Source: Escherichia phage Tls. From it: DNA of 49,902 nucleotides. Of the stretch, positions 35,921-45,155 are shown in pieces. Every line of letters begins with the position of its first letter. Positions within the stretch are counted from its first letter, which is position 1. The stretch lies in sequence record AY308796.1; one strand, written 5' to 3'. Made by a program: the position numbers and the translations under genes. The notes under the pieces are model-generated. The model did no database searches and was not told the origin of the DNA. It worked only from the letters and a program-made list of their open reading frames with translations.

Positions 35921-37894
35921 ATGATTCCTAACATTGAAAAGCAGATTGCAGATCTGGGAGAGGAAAGAATTAAGGCAATCCAGAAGCGTTTCACGGTTGG
36001 TGAGATTGTCCCGTATGAATACCAATGCGTTGCTTACGCTGAAATTGCAAAGCGCTTGAGCAAGTATGTTGATCCGTTTTTCGTTAAAGCGGCGGTGTCG
36101 GCAGGTAAAACAATCATCTTTGCTATGGTTGCGGCTCAGTGCAGGAAAATGGGATTGAAAGCGTTATTTCTGGCGCGTCAATCTGAAATTGTGGATCAGG
36201 ATTCAAAAGAGATTAGCGCCTTTGGTGTTCCGAATTCCGTTTATTGCGCTGGCCTGAATACCAAAAGCGCTTATTTCCCGATTGTTGTCGGATCGGAAGG
36301 TACTGTAATTGGCGGATTGAATAAGGCGTTAGGTGATTACGTCCCACAGGTTTTAGGTATAGATGAATGTCATCAAGTCAACTGGAATGATATTGTTGAA
36401 GCCGAGGAAAACGGCGAAAGCATAGAGCAGATGATGACGCCGAAAGGTGAACCAGTTGAAGGGAATCCGTTGCTGATTGGTTCAGGCCGCGCACAATACA
36501 CCATTATCATTGCAGAAATGCGCCGCCGTTGTCTTGAGACTTACGGTCATCAGTTGCGTATATTTGGAATGACCGGATCGGAATATCGCGGAATTGAGCC
36601 GATACTTGTCGAAGATAAAAGAATTCCTGGGTTTTGGCGTGAGCAGATCACAAACATTGATACTGATTACCTGGTAAAATTTGGTTCAGTTGTTCCCACT
36701 TATTTTGGCAATGTTGGTGATTTGGGTTACGACTTATCAGAATTTACGCCAGTGCATGAATTTGGCGTTGCTGATTATGACCAGAAGCAATTAAAGGCCA
36801 TGAGTGACAAGATTCACCAATCAGGAACAATGACGCAGAAAATAATGCAGATGGTTCACGAGGTGATGAAAAACCGCTTGTGCGCTCTTGTTACTTGCGC
36901 TGACGAAAGGCACTGCAAAGAGGCGGCGGCGGCGCTTCCGTCTGGCACGAAATATCACATTATTACCGGAAAAACTGGAGAGAAACAGCGGCGCTTATGG
37001 CTTGATGATGCCTATGAAGGGCGAGTGAAATATATTTTCCAGGTTCAGGCGCTAACAACTGGCGTTAACGTTCCGCCGTGGGATACCTCTGTTATTTTGC
37101 GCAAGATCGGAAGTCTTACGCTATTAACTCAGCTTTTGGGTCGTGGTATGCGTCAATTAAAGACTTACCACAAAGAAGTTTTGGGAATGCACAAAACAGA
37201 TCATCTTGTTTTGGACTTTTCCGGCACGATGTTTGAAATGGGTAATTTGTATTTCGATCCAATGCTTGAGCAAGCGCAATTCCAGTTGCGTAAATCGCAG
37301 GATAAAGATCCGAAATTTTGCCCGATTTGCGGAACGGAAAATTCATTCTATGCGCGGCGTTGCATTAATGAGGATGAAAACGGAAATCGTTGTGAGCACT
37401 TTTGGACGTTCCAGGAATGTGAGGATCAGATTGATGAACGTACAAAGAAAGTTATTGTAAAAGGTTGCGGCGCAAAAAATGACGTTGCGGCGCGTGTATG
37501 CCGTTGCTGTAATGTTCAGTTACGAGATCCAAATGATAACTTATCCGGCAAGATGTACCGTAAAAACGATTGGTGCGACGTGTTAGATTTTAATGTGACG
37601 CTGACAAAAAACCAGGCTGGCGTAATATTCTGCTACACGTTGCGTGATAGTGGCGGCGTAGAATTCAGAGCATACGAAAAATATTTCCCTGAATCAGAAC
37701 ACAAGATATGCAAAACGCTTTGGACAAAGGCGGTTAGAACTCACGTTGTAGATCGACAGGCTGCAAACTATATGATCACTTGCCGCAACGCAATTAAGAT
37801 CATGAGTTATGCGGCGCAAATATTGCCACCGAATCGCGTTACGCATCGCAAGAACACAAAGAAAGAAGATTTAATAGCACAGAAGGAATTTTAA
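35921..37894 (+). CDS. SF2 DNA helicase (DEAH-box)
   Basis: Walker A SAGKTII, DEAH box GIDECHQV, C-terminal Cys clusters; 657 aa. Confidence 0.8.
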   Translation: MIPNIEKQIADLGEERIKAIQKRFTVGEIVPYEYQCVAYAEIAKRLSKYVDPFFVKAAVSAGKTIIFAMVAAQCRKMGLKALFLARQSEIVDQDSKEISAFGVPNSVYCAGLNTKSAYFPIVVGSEGTVIGGLNKALGDYVPQVLGIDECHQVNWNDIVEAEENGESIEQMMTPKGEPVEGNPLLIGSGRAQYTIIIAEMRRRCLETYGHQLRIFGMTGSEYRGIEPILVEDKRIPGFWREQITNIDTDYLVKFGSVVPTYFGNVGDLGYDLSEFTPVHEFGVADYDQKQLKAMSDKIHQSGTMTQKIMQMVHEVMKNRLCALVTCADERHCKEAAAALPSGTKYHIITGKTGEKQRRLWLDDAYEGRVKYIFQVQALTTGVNVPPWDTSVILRKIGSLTLLTQLLGRGMRQLKTYHKEVLGMHKTDHLVLDFSGTMFEMGNLYFDPMLEQAQFQLRKSQDKDPKFCPICGTENSFYARRCINEDENGNRCEHFWTFQECEDQIDERTKKVIVKGCGAKNDVAARVCRCCNVQLRDPNDNLSGKMYRKNDWCDVLDFNVTLTKNQAGVIFCYTLRDSGGVEFRAYEKYFPESEHKICKTLWTKAVRTHVVDRQAANYMITCRNAIKIMSYAAQILPPNRVTHRKNTKKEDLIAQKEF

Positions 37895-37895
37895 T

Positions 37896-38303
37896 ATGGT
37901 TACTGATAAAGGTGATTATCTGGAGTATTACGACAAGTCAGATCCAGACGATAGAAAGGAGGAATCGCACCAGGTTGATTCTTATTCATGGCTAACATAT
38001 GAGTTTCCCATGTGGCTTGTTTGGCACACTAAAAACGAGGGGAAGAAAACCATAGGCACAGCCGTAAAGGATCAGCAAGCGGGTGTGAAGAAGGGAGTTA
38101 GCGACATTCTAATCCTGACTGGTTTTATTGGCTGCAAGTATTCATTTATAGCCATTGAGCTTAAACGCGCCAACAAGAAAGGCACGAAGGTAAGCGACGA
38201 ACAAAAGGAATTCTTGCGACGTGTCAGAGAGTGCGGAGGATTTGCCGCCGTATGCTATGGAGTAGAGCAAGTAAAATTGGCTATCGCAGACGCTACAAAA
38301 TAG
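37896..38303 (+). CDS. VRR-NUC domain nuclease
   Basis: Pattern DILILTG...IAIELKRANKKGTKVSDEQKEFLRRV...GGFAAVCYG typical of VRR-NUC (D..E.K core); stop TAG inside next motif. Confidence 0.6.
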   Translation: MVTDKGDYLEYYDKSDPDDRKEESHQVDSYSWLTYEFPMWLVWHTKNEGKKTIGTAVKDQQAGVKKGVSDILILTGFIGCKYSFIAIELKRANKKGTKVSDEQKEFLRRVRECGGFAAVCYGVEQVKLAIADATK

Positions 38304-38343
38304 CACTTTTTGTTAAAACAGGCGCAACGGAATGCGCCATAAT
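38298..38343 (+). promoter_or_regulatory. motif promoter: AAATAGCACTTTTTGTTAAAAC + 18 nt + CATAAT
   Basis: Motif 38298-38319; hairpin ggcgca/tgcgcc; -10 CATAAT 38338-38343. Confidence 0.55.
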
Positions 38344-38374
38344 GCACCCATCAGAACGAAACGGAGAATTAACC

Positions 38375-38653
38375 ATGAAAAAGATGTTATCAGTAGTTGC
38401 TTTATCACTTGCTCTTGTCGGTTGCATGGATAAACCCAAAACATATATTTGCGGAAATGAAGCGTTTGAGGTTACAAGCGACTATATGAAAGTTGTGCAA
38501 GGCAAAAGCACAGGCGTTGTAATGGATAATATCAGCAAAAATCAATATAAGTTGTTTACGCCAATTGGAACGGCTTTCTACACAGTTAATGAAAACACAA
38601 TTGATATTAAAGTTGGCGTTTATCAGAACACTCTAACTTGCGAGGTAAAATAA
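38375..38653 (+). CDS. small lipoprotein (92 aa); candidate superinfection-exclusion protein
   Basis: Signal peptide MKKMLSVVALSLALVGC with lipobox LVGC; SD ggagaa; ORF-track start 38231 is an extension. Confidence 0.6.
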   Translation: MKKMLSVVALSLALVGCMDKPKTYICGNEAFEVTSDYMKVVQGKSTGVVMDNISKNQYKLFTPIGTAFYTVNENTIDIKVGVYQNTLTCEVK

Positions 38654-38654
38654 A

Positions 38655-39395
38655 ATGGCTAAAGATATTCAGGACAAAACCACAATTGACACTTTCGCAC
38701 AGGAAATGGATTTTCATGAACTGCAACACGGCAGATATTCAGATATTGCGTTGCGTTCAGGTGGTCATTATCAGCCAGTTAGAGAAAACCCAATGTTCAA
38801 GGTTAGCGGCAACCGTTATGCAGGAAGTAAAACGCCGGACGTTGTGCGCGACTTGTGGGAAACTCCAGATGAAATTGTTGAATACCTTGCTGAACGTTAC
38901 GGCAAATATGATCTTGACGCAGCAGCAACGGAAGATAATAAAAAATGCGATAAATTTTACAGCAAAGAAACAAACTGCTTAAAGCGTTGGTGGGGTAGCA
39001 ATAAGCACGTTTGGTTAAATCCACCATACAGCAATCCAGATCCATTTATCAAAAAAGCAATTGAGCAGATGGAACACGGAAACCAGATTGATATTTTACT
39101 TCCGGCTGATAATTCAACTGCATGGTTTAGTGACGCACAAAAACACGCGGCAGAAATTATCTGGATTACTGGTGAAACCTGGAAGGATGAAGAAGGTCGC
39201 GAATATTCCCGAACTGGTCGAGTAGCGTTTATTTCTGGCATGACAGGTGAGCCAGTTAGCGGAAACAATAAAGGTAGTGTAATTTTTATCATGCGCCAAT
39301 TGGAAGAAGGTGAGCAACAGCAAACGCACTATGTGAAGATTAGCGACATTTGCCCTTCCGTAAAAAATAAACGAGCCAAAGCGCGGAGTATTTAA
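38655..39395 (+). CDS. dam: DNA N6-adenine methyltransferase (Dam-like)
   Basis: Catalytic motif WLNPPYS (motif IV D/NPPY); 246 aa. Confidence 0.75.
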   Translation: MAKDIQDKTTIDTFAQEMDFHELQHGRYSDIALRSGGHYQPVRENPMFKVSGNRYAGSKTPDVVRDLWETPDEIVEYLAERYGKYDLDAAATEDNKKCDKFYSKETNCLKRWWGSNKHVWLNPPYSNPDPFIKKAIEQMEHGNQIDILLPADNSTAWFSDAQKHAAEIIWITGETWKDEEGREYSRTGRVAFISGMTGEPVSGNNKGSVIFIMRQLEEGEQQQTHYVKISDICPSVKNKRAKARSI

Positions 39396-39396
39396 A

Positions 39397-39627
39397 ATGA
39401 GCATTCGATTAGCCGATCACATGAAATGGGATTTATTTGTCGGTATGACAATTCGCTTACTTGATAAGCATGGTTATAACGCTGATAAAATGGAGTTGAT
39501 AAACTGCCTGGATATGACATTTGACGAAATCAAAGTTGCTCCTTTGTACATGTGGGAAAGAAAAATTGAGCACGACCTGATACAATACAAACGCAGAGAG
39601 GGCGCACGATTTTTTAATGTGAAATAG
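39397..39627 (+). CDS. hypothetical protein (76 aa)
   Basis: ATG 1 nt after Dam stop; stop TAG inside next motif. Confidence 0.5.
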   Translation: MSIRLADHMKWDLFVGMTIRLLDKHGYNADKMELINCLDMTFDEIKVAPLYMWERKIEHDLIQYKRREGARFFNVK

Positions 39628-39667
39628 CACTTTTTGTTAAAACCCGCTACGGCGGGTTTTGTATTAT
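39622..39667 (+). promoter_or_regulatory. motif promoter: AAATAGCACTTTTTGTTAAAAC + terminator-like hairpin + TATTAT
   Basis: Motif 39622-39643; hairpin cccgc tac ggcggg TTTT (39644-39660); -10-like TATTAT 39662-39667. Confidence 0.5.
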
Positions 39668-39698
39668 GTTCTTAACGGAAAACAAGAGGATTTCAAAA

Positions 39699-39863
39699 AT
39701 GAAAATCGTAAACGTCGAATACTTCAAAGATGCGCAATGGCTGGCTAAAGAATCATTATTTATGCTTGATCGCAAAAATCCAAAGGTTATTGCACAAATA
39801 CTTTGGAATGACGCAATGGAGTTACTTAAAAAGGCTTACGGTTATGAAAGTGACAAAAGGTAA
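39699..39863 (+). CDS. hypothetical protein (54 aa)
   Basis: In-frame ATG with SD aagagga. Confidence 0.45.
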   Translation: MKIVNVEYFKDAQWLAKESLFMLDRKNPKVIAQILWNDAMELLKKAYGYESDKR

Positions 39864-40086
39864 AAAGGAAACTTGGGAGTTAGCGAAAAAAGGCGGTCTT
39901 GATGAGGGGATCGCCAAAATAGCGCAATATTTCGATATCAAAGACGTGTGCGTTATTGTCGGTAATGAAATGGCATATGTGGAAGAAAAGCCGCGCAAGG
40001 TTCATCGCGTTCCGGCAATTCCGACAACAATCGACTATAAAGAAGTTATTAACAAAACTAAAGAGCAAAAGAAATATTTCAAATGA
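39844..40086 (+). CDS. hypothetical protein (80 aa)
   Basis: In-frame ATG; ORF-track start is an upstream extension. Confidence 0.4.
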   Translation: MKVTKGKKETWELAKKGGLDEGIAKIAQYFDIKDVCVIVGNEMAYVEEKPRKVHRVPAIPTTIDYKEVINKTKEQKKYFK

Positions 40087-40159
40087 GATACATTTACGTT
40101 ATTATATTTCCTCCTGTTATAGCTTGGGTTATTGTTTATTTTTTAGTTATGGGGTTGTC

Positions 40160-40636
40160 ATGAACTATAATGATTTATTTTCATATGAAAATGGAGCGCT
40201 TACAAGAAAGGTGGCGAAATCTAAAAGATGTAGGATTGGCGATCCTGTTGGATGGATCAACGGAAATGGTTACTTGCAAACAAGTGTATCAGGTAAAAAT
40301 GTTCTTGTTCATCGTATAATATGGGAAATGCACAACGGGAAAATTCCAAATGGAATGGAAATTGATCATATAAATCACGATAGAACTGATAACAGGATTG
40401 AAAATCTAAGAATTGTTAATCACAAAGATAATCATAAAAACGTATCAATGCAATCAAATAATAAAACTGGGGTTTGTGGGGTCTGCTTTATAGAAAGATG
40501 CAATAAGTTCAGAGCATCAATAAAGGTTGACGGGGTAACTATATATTTGGGATACTTTAGCAGCATTGATGATGCTAAAAATGCAAGAAAGAAAGCAAAT
40601 GATAGATTTAATTTTCACAAAAACCACGGAGTTTAA
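40160..40636 (+). CDS. HNH homing endonuclease with AP2-like DNA-binding domain
   Basis: HNH core EIDHINHDRTDNRIENLRIVNHKDNHKN plus C-terminal GV.GV......KF.A.I AP2-like region; SD ggggt; paralogue of 47608-48120. Confidence 0.8.
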   Translation: MNYNDLFSYENGALTRKVAKSKRCRIGDPVGWINGNGYLQTSVSGKNVLVHRIIWEMHNGKIPNGMEIDHINHDRTDNRIENLRIVNHKDNHKNVSMQSNNKTGVCGVCFIERCNKFRASIKVDGVTIYLGYFSSIDDAKNARKKANDRFNFHKNHGV

Positions 40637-40639
40637 TAA

Positions 40640-41755
40640 ATGACTGCTAAAAAAATTACGGATGAGCAATTGATTGCAGAGCGCGAAGCGGGTTTAAAGT
40701 TGCGAGAGATTGCTGAAAAGTACGGAATGAGCTTACGCCAGGTTGAGCACCGTCACAGCAAATTGGCTAAGCGTGGCGAAATCTCAACTATCGGATCACC
40801 TGGCTTTGCGGTAATTGGTGAATCGCAGCTTAAACGTGCTAATGGTGAGGTTGTAATTACTTGGACCAAAACGCATAAGGATAAAGAGCAATTAGAAGCA
40901 ATTATGCAAGCGGCTATGGATGCATTTTCGGAAGAAGTGCCGCGCATTAAGCCGCAACCGGAAAAAATTACTGATTACTCGCAAACGCTGGCGCTATATC
41001 CGATCTTTGATATTCACATTGGCGCAATGGCTCATAAGCATGAAAGCGGTGAGAATTACGACACGGCAACGGCGGAAAACGTCATGAATGAGTTTTTCGA
41101 TTATGCAGTTGATAAAGCGCCCAATAGCGAAAAGGCTGTATTGCTGATTGGTGGTGATATGATTCACAGTGACGGTCTGGAGGCTGTAACACCTGCAAGC
41201 GGTCACGTTTTGGATCAAGATAGCCGTTACGCAAAACTTGTTTATGTTGCTATCCGCGCCACGCGTCGAGCAGTAAGCAGAATGCTGGAAAAACATAAAG
41301 AGGTTGAATTGCAGATCATTGAAGGTAATCACGACCAATCAGGAATGATCTGGCTGCGTGCTGCAATGGCGGCGGCGTATGAGAATGAGCCACGCGTAAA
41401 GGTTGATGTTTCTCCGCGTGTCGTGCATCACACGCAATATGGAAAAACGTTCCTGGCTTATCATCATGGTCACACTGTACGCAAGCCAGAAACGCTTTTA
41501 ATGATGTGTGCAGCGGATTGGCGGGAAGATTTCGGAAACTCCAATTCAATGTATGCGCATGTAGGGCATTGGCATCACCAGACTGTTACAGAAACGAGCC
41601 TTGGCATTGTTGAGGTGCATAGCACTATGGCGGCTAAAGATGCTTATGCCGCGCGTGGCGGTTGGCGTTCACGCCGTCGAGCGGCGGTAATTATCTATGA
41701 TAAGGAATATGGCGAGATAGGGCGCTTTATGTTCTACCCTGAAATGATTGCATAA
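40640..41755 (+). CDS. HTH-domain plus calcineurin-like metallophosphoesterase fusion protein
   Basis: N-terminal HTH-like LKLREIAEKYGMSLRQV; phosphoesterase motifs DIHIG, GGDMIHSD, EGNHDQ, GHWHH. Confidence 0.6.
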   Translation: MTAKKITDEQLIAEREAGLKLREIAEKYGMSLRQVEHRHSKLAKRGEISTIGSPGFAVIGESQLKRANGEVVITWTKTHKDKEQLEAIMQAAMDAFSEEVPRIKPQPEKITDYSQTLALYPIFDIHIGAMAHKHESGENYDTATAENVMNEFFDYAVDKAPNSEKAVLLIGGDMIHSDGLEAVTPASGHVLDQDSRYAKLVYVAIRATRRAVSRMLEKHKEVELQIIEGNHDQSGMIWLRAAMAAAYENEPRVKVDVSPRVVHHTQYGKTFLAYHHGHTVRKPETLLMMCAADWREDFGNSNSMYAHVGHWHHQTVTETSLGIVEVHSTMAAKDAYAARGGWRSRRRAAVIIYDKEYGEIGRFMFYPEMIA

Positions 41756-41772
41756 TTAAATTATCACCTAAA

Positions 41773-41802
41773 AAGGCTAGCTAAATGCTAGCCTTTTTTT
41801 GT
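41773..41802 (+). terminator. rho-independent terminator (ggctagc taaat gctagcc ttttttt)
   Basis: Read directly. Confidence 0.7.
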
Positions 41803-41867
41803 TTTTGTCGTTAACATAATCAGACTATTTTTGACATTGACATTTTAATTAAACTGAGGATCAGATC

Positions 41868-42092
41868 ATGAGGGACTTTCTTTTAATGGCGCAAAACTCT
41901 TTCGGAGGTGCAACGGTAGTTGGAACTTTTACTGGTGAGTTTTTGCTTGCACTTGCTACGTTTATTTTGTTCGCTATTTTCGGCTGTTGGGGCGCATGGC
42001 TGAAATGGCGTGATAGTAAAGCGATCCGAGAGGCTTTAGATTCAGGGGATTTAAAAACGGCGCTTAATCTACGGCAGAAAGAGAGGGTGTAA
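41868..42092 (+). CDS. holin (probable pinholin)
   Basis: 74 aa with TM segments and charged C-terminus; immediately upstream of SAR endolysin; SD gagga. Confidence 0.6.
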   Translation: MRDFLLMAQNSFGGATVVGTFTGEFLLALATFILFAIFGCWGAWLKWRDSKAIREALDSGDLKTALNLRQKERV

Positions 42093-42586
42093 TGACAATC
42101 AAGAAAGGTATAGCCGCCACCGTCACAGGGGCGGCTTTAATGTTGGCATCGCCTTTGATTGAAGAAATTGAAGGCGTAAAGTATAAGCCTTACAAGGATA
42201 TTGCTGGTATCTGGACTGTATGCCACGGCATCACAGGAAATGATGTGATTCTTGGAAAGGAATATACCAGGCGAGAGTGTGACGCGCTATTAGCAAAGCA
42301 TATGAAAGTAGCGGCTGACGCTGTTGATAAAGCTGTTAAGGTTGATATTCCTATTTCTATGCGAGCGGCTTTGTACTCATTCACATTCAACGCCGGAACA
42401 GGGGCATTCAGGAAATCAACCATGTTGAAGAAGATCAATAATGGTGATCTGTATGGTGGTTGTGGCGAGCTTTGGAACTGGACATATTACCGGAACCCGA
42501 AAACGGGCAAAAAGGAAAAATCAAAGGGATTGAAGAATCGCCGCGCTGTTGAATATAAATATTGTGTAATGGATCTGAATAAATGA
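42092..42586 (+). CDS. SAR endolysin (T4-type lysozyme, GH24-like)
   Basis: N-terminal signal-anchor-release segment [18 protein letters not shown]; catalytic E/D/T pattern [21 protein letters not shown]. Confidence 0.75.
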   Translation: MTIKKGIAATVTGAALMLASPLIEEIEGVKYKPYKDIAGIWTVCHGITGNDVILGKEYTRRECDALLAKHMKVAADAVDKAVKVDIPISMRAALYSFTFNAGTGAFRKSTMLKKINNGDLYGGCGELWNWTYYRNPKTGKKEKSKGLKNRRAVEYKYCVMDLNK

Positions 42587-42972
42587 AAAGAAAATTACTG
42601 GCTATTATGATGTGCATTGCTCTTTCTGGTTGTTCAGCTTCAAGCGTGTTACCTGGTCTGATTGGTAGCAAGCCTGATATAACGGCACAGGCTGGAGCGG
42701 AGAATGTGAAACAGACTGTTGGTGTAACCGCAAAGCAGGATACATCAAGCAAGCAGGAAACCACATTCAAAGAATCGGAAGTTGGTCAAGTTGACACATC
42801 CAATAAAAAGCAGGTGAGTACCTCAAGCATCAAGGCTGATAACATTACGGCGGAAAGAATAGAAATTCGCAATAATGACGGCCTTAACGTTCCGGCAATC
42901 GCAATGGGTATATTGATGTTCATTGCTGGTATGCTGGCAGGTTGGACGCTAAAACGTAATAAGGCGGCATAA
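42583..42972 (+). CDS. unimolecular spanin (u-spanin)
   Basis: N-terminal lipoprotein signal with lipobox LSGC and C-terminal TM anchor [17 protein letters not shown]; overlaps endolysin stop. Confidence 0.65.
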   Translation: MKRKLLAIMMCIALSGCSASSVLPGLIGSKPDITAQAGAENVKQTVGVTAKQDTSSKQETTFKESEVGQVDTSNKKQVSTSSIKADNITAERIEIRNNDGLNVPAIAMGILMFIAGMLAGWTLKRNKAA

Positions 42973-42989
42973 GCCGCCTTTTCTTTTAC
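42961..42989 (+). terminator. rho-independent terminator containing the spanin stop codon
   Basis: Stem aaggcggc/gccgcctt followed by TTCTTTT. Confidence 0.55.
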
Positions 42990-43123
42990 TCAAATTTTCT
43001 AACATGAATTAGCAATTCACCATCATGATTTGTCAGTTGATGCTCTTGATCCAAAAATGCTCGCATATCGCTGTAAAGCAACAGCATTAACGCATAGACA
43101 AAATCATCATGCGGAATTTGCAT
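42986..43123 (-). CDS. small hypothetical protein (45 aa; ORF track extends to 43183)
   Basis: In-frame ATG 17 nt before upstream stop; the longer 65-aa version would overlap 43107-43499 by 77 nt in another frame. Confidence 0.3.
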   Translation of the reverse strand: MQIPHDDFVYALMLLLYSDMRAFLDQEHQLTNHDGELLIHVRKFE

Positions 43124-43499
43124 TGCTGAACTTTCTTTCAAAATAAGATCTATCAAATGCTGGCTTGCTGAATAATTCTTCATCGCTCATTTTCTCAATG
43201 TTCATCATCTCCCACACATAACGATTGGAATCACCTTCCAGGCTATGCAACTCAAAATTAAACGGCCTTTTCATCTTGTTTTTGCACCAGTACACGCAAT
43301 GAACGCCGTCAAGATATCCATAACCCATCATTCGCGCTATAAACTCTTTGCTTGAGCTTGAAGCGAAATAGCGGGGCGTTACCCCCGCATTTTTGGCGAG
43401 CCTTTCACATTCACGGTGACGGAATATAAATCTTGCTAACTCCTGGCGGTTGAATTTCTCGCGAGACTCGCAAAAGCGATACAGATCTAATAAGAACAT
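43107..43499 (-). CDS. hypothetical protein (130 aa)
   Basis: ATG with SD ggggt. Confidence 0.5.
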   Translation of the reverse strand: MFLLDLYRFCESREKFNRQELARFIFRHRECERLAKNAGVTPRYFASSSSKEFIARMMGYGYLDGVHCVYWCKNKMKRPFNFELHSLEGDSNRYVWEMMNIEKMSDEELFSKPAFDRSYFERKFSNANSA

Positions 43500-43501
43500 G
43501 A

Positions 43502-45082
43502 TTACCCCATTAACGCCGGATTTACATAAACAAATTTACCAACGCTGCAAACATAATTCTTTTCTTCAAGCATTGGCAATAATTGTTCCTCAATTCGTTT
43601 CATCACGCCTGATTGACCTGTAAACGGCTTAACCTTACGCGCACTTTCATAGATAGCTCTTGCATTGGTAACGCCTTTATTTTGACGTGAGATCTTAATG
43701 ATGATTTCAATTAACTTGCTCATTTCGGCATCATCGCCAGCGTGACCGGAAGCATTCGCGGCGTTGATATATGTTTTGCTTAATTCGCTGAACATCACCA
43801 AAGCCTCTTGCATTGTCTCAACTTCAATTTCTCGCGACTTTTGCGGCGTACCGTTTGGATTAAACCAATTGCGGATCGTGTGCAATACTGACGCAATGCG
43901 GATCACTTGCTTATCCATTTTACCCAAAGCACCACGCAACATTGTATGTGAATATTTCCCGCCGTCTGCTAAATCTGGCTCTAATTGCTGGCGAGCAATA
44001 TTAAGAACACGCATTGCAGACCGTGACGGCTTCAATACAACATTTTGCTCAGTCATGATGTTATGAATCAACTGGAAATATTGCGCCTTTAATTCTTTAT
44101 CAACTGGCGTGTAATCAAGATCACCATTTTCATCAATAAATACACGCTCGCCTAACATTGTTTTTTCACGTACAAGCAAGAAACGTTCACTAACACCGAT
44201 ACCCCGCGCCCCTGCATCCATGATCCCTTTTATCGTTTCATCCTGGGCAATTACGCTCATGCAGCCCAACGCAACAAAACTCATATTGTTTTCAGAGTTG
44301 GCGCGAGCTATTGAAACGTGTCCGGCGTCCCATGCTTTTAGAACCAATTCGCTGTTAGTCTTGCGATCACTATTAGCGTAAGTCAATCCGAGTAAGCTGT
44401 TGATGCTTGTTGCTTCATCGGAAATGACAGCAAAGTTACCCTGGCGATTGTTGATCTTTGCTAACCCTTCCGGCGTGGTGTCTGATACCGGAAAAACGAT
44501 ATCGCACATTTTTTCTAACTTTTCCTCTAATTCCTCCTTTTCCTCAAACAACGCCGCTAACTCAGTGCCGGAACGTTCAGCTTTCAATTCCTTTTCAACG
44601 CCTTTTAATTTAGCTGCGATCTTCTTTCGCTCTTTCTTGCGTTGTTCGTTGATTCGCTCAACTTCACAGACCATTGGCGCAATAGCAAGGCTGTTGATTG
44701 CTGATTTACCAGTTGACGGAGGCTGACTGGTTACAACATAAAGCGCAGTTGGTTGTTCAGTGCCGTGGTACTCAACCTGGAAACGTCCAACCATAGCGGC
44801 GGAAACGCAACCAATGAAATGCATATAGGCCGATGATTCAGGAAATTGAACAGATTGCGCAATGCTACGTGACAGTTTACCCACAACATCAACATCATTA
44901 CCCAAAGAGATCACAGGATAGCGGTCATTAGCGCCGTTGATATCCTTTACAGGTTCCCAAAAGCTGGACGATTGGCGGTATCCGTTAGACTGAATAGCAA
45001 CGCGAAGCGGCGATGTTCCCTGCGATTCTGCAATGGCTATAACTTGTTGAGGTGTCAATTTGTTGGTGTCAAAGTCAAACAT
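43502..45082 (-). CDS. large P-loop NTPase-like protein of unknown function (526 aa)
   Basis: Walker A-like QPPSTGKSA; Lys/Glu-rich coiled-coil insert; perfect SD aaggag; first gene after a motif promoter. Confidence 0.6.
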   Translation of the reverse strand: MFDFDTNKLTPQQVIAIAESQGTSPLRVAIQSNGYRQSSSFWEPVKDINGANDRYPVISLGNDVDVVGKLSRSIAQSVQFPESSAYMHFIGCVSAAMVGRFQVEYHGTEQPTALYVVTSQPPSTGKSAINSLAIAPMVCEVERINEQRKKERKKIAAKLKGVEKELKAERSGTELAALFEEKEELEEKLEKMCDIVFPVSDTTPEGLAKINNRQGNFAVISDEATSINSLLGLTYANSDRKTNSELVLKAWDAGHVSIARANSENNMSFVALGCMSVIAQDETIKGIMDAGARGIGVSERFLLVREKTMLGERVFIDENGDLDYTPVDKELKAQYFQLIHNIMTEQNVVLKPSRSAMRVLNIARQQLEPDLADGGKYSHTMLRGALGKMDKQVIRIASVLHTIRNWFNPNGTPQKSREIEVETMQEALVMFSELSKTYINAANASGHAGDDAEMSKLIEIIIKISRQNKGVTNARAIYESARKVKPFTGQSGVMKRIEEQLLPMLEEKNYVCSVGKFVYVNPALMG

Positions 45083-45109
45083 CTAAAAATCTCCTTCTTG
45101 TTGCCGCTA

Positions 45110-45155
45110 ATTATAACGGCAACATTCTACAGCCTTTTAGCAATTCGTGCTATTT
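45110..45155 (-). promoter_or_regulatory. motif promoter (minus): AAATAGCACGAATTGCTAAAAG + 18 nt + TATAAT in hairpin loop
   Basis: Motif reverse complement at 45135-45155; -10 at 45110-45115; hairpin gttgccg/cggcaac. Confidence 0.55.

Noticed and set aside
38638-39404. ORFs 38638-38982 (+), 38803-39045 (-), 38957-39292 (-), 39114-39404 (-) overlapping the Dam gene
   Set aside because: Alternative-frame or antisense ORFs within a gene that carries a clear NPPY catalytic motif
41831-41856. Tandem TTGACA hexamers upstream of the holin as a possible lysis promoter
   Set aside because: No -10 hexamer at a workable spacing (13 nt to TAAACT); lysis genes are more likely read through from upstream or use an unrecognised late promoter
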